Virus record (IMG/VR): IMGVR_UViG_3300031867_000006
Coordinates: 101,770-165,769 of that record
From: a virus
Lineage: Duplodnaviria; Caudoviricetes
Direction: 5' to 3' (one strand)
Length of the DNA stretch: 64,000 nt
A program made the position numbers and the translations under genes. This document shows positions 63,098 to 64,000 of this stretch, piece after piece. The notes below the pieces were generated by a model that saw only the letters and a list, made by a program, of their open reading frames with translations, made no database searches and had not been told where the DNA came from. Numbering within the stretch: the stretch's first letter is position 1; each line of letters starts with the position of its first letter.

Positions 63098-63269
63098 TCT
63101 TTTTCCTCCTCTACATAGTCCAAATATTCCTGTTCAGTTGCAAATAAGATGTATCTTCCATCAACATACCCCATATATCCGGAATCTACAACGTAACCCT
63201 TTATATTCATATTTAACCTACTTTAAATATATTCCAACTGGTTACACAAATATATTATACAATTGAAAT

Positions 63270-63617
63270 TTACTTTTTATCAGAATCCTCTTCTTTTGCC
63301 CTGAATTTGGCTAAGTATTTAGAATATATATCTATATTCATCCCAATGTCATACAGATTGCATTTATGTAACAGCTCTTCCATACTATATGCAGAAAACG
63401 CATCAACTATATGGATTTTACTACAAGTCTTAAGCTCCAAATTATCATTATAAGCATTATCATAATACTCAAGCTTGCTCTTGAATGCTATCTTATGATT
63501 AATAATAAGCTCCGGCGAGTCATACTCTGTATGAAGAATCACTACTGCTATATATTTACACCCTTCATCTATAGCAGACTTTATAACGTGTTTCAATTGG
63601 GATTTTACAGATATCAT
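63270..63617 (-). CDS. Hypothetical protein
   Basis: AGGAGG RBS, 115 aa. Confidence 0.7.
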   Translation of the reverse strand: MISVKSQLKHVIKSAIDEGCKYIAVVILHTEYDSPELIINHKIAFKSKLEYYDNAYNDNLELKTCSKIHIVDAFSAYSMEELLHKCNLYDIGMNIDIYSKYLAKFRAKEEDSDKK

Positions 63618-63660
63618 TTTATATAACCTCCTAGAATTATTTATTTATTACTAATATGTC

Positions 63661-64000
63661 TTACGGATGGAGATTCTCTCTTATTATATTCAGATCAATT
63701 ATAGGAATATCATATTTCTCAGCGACAAAATACTCAACCGTGCAGCCTCTAGATTGTTTCCAATCGGGATGGAATATAATAAAGTCGGCAAGACACAGAA
63801 GATTAAGTGCATTGGCAAGATACCAAACATCAGAGGTCCCCTCAGGTTTATCACATGCAGCAGCATCCTTAGTAGTAAGGAATTTTACAATGCAGTTCGT
63901 AAATAGATCTGAAGCAAAGTTCTTGATATGCTCGTAATCATCATTGATATCTTCATATCTCAACCCAGTCATAGGCTGAGATACAAATATCTTAATGGTC
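63661..64000 (-). CDS. DUF4406-like protein, 5' end outside the window
   Basis: Frame open to the window edge: IKIFVSQPMTGL...WKQSRGCTVEY..A. Confidence 0.7.
   Translation of the reverse strand, partial: TIKIFVSQPMTGLRYEDINDDYEHIKNFASDLFTNCIVKFLTTKDAAACDKPEGTSDVWYLANALNLLCLADFIIFHPDWKQSRGCTVEYFVAEKYDIPIIDLNIIRENLHP

Noticed and set aside
586-63906. Numerous short antisense or nested ORFs in the track (e.g. 13510-14769, 27946-28872, 34329-34982)
   Set aside because: They are shadows of well-supported genes on the opposite strand or frame, without RBS or motifs
1-64000. Stop-codon recoding as in some gut jumbo phages
   Set aside because: Core genes are full length in the standard code; the breaks are explained by introns

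Overview
AT-rich segment of a jumbo myophage. Gene content resembles the AR9/PBS1/phiKZ-related group; strong AGGAGG ribosome-binding sites and a CHAP endolysin point to a Bacillota host (inference). It encodes a GroEL-like chaperonin, major capsid protein, prohead protease, portal, tail sheath and tube, an SF2 helicase, an RNA polymerase beta' C-terminal half, and a family-B DNA polymerase split over two genes. One group I intron interrupts the polymerase and three interrupt the large terminase. There are five homing-endonuclease-like ORFs and two classes of phage promoter motif. The most striking unexplained structure is two intergenic arrays (53168-54092 and 59702-60611), each with six 130-169 nt cassettes delimited by CGGCG(ATG). 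All 12 cassettes are 3n+1 nt long, and each encodes a different stop-free M-x-WWxRS...G peptide. This looks like a stored library of interchangeable variable regions for a lectin-fold protein; neither the target gene nor a recombinase/reverse transcriptase is in this window. Second, a (K/R)-x-M-C-x-I-V motif sits at or near the C-terminus of about a dozen mostly DNA-acting proteins but not the virion proteins. Third, a ~0.7-kb structured non-coding region is followed by a tRNA-like element with an elongated anticodon arm. All calls were made by eye from motifs; no database searches were run.
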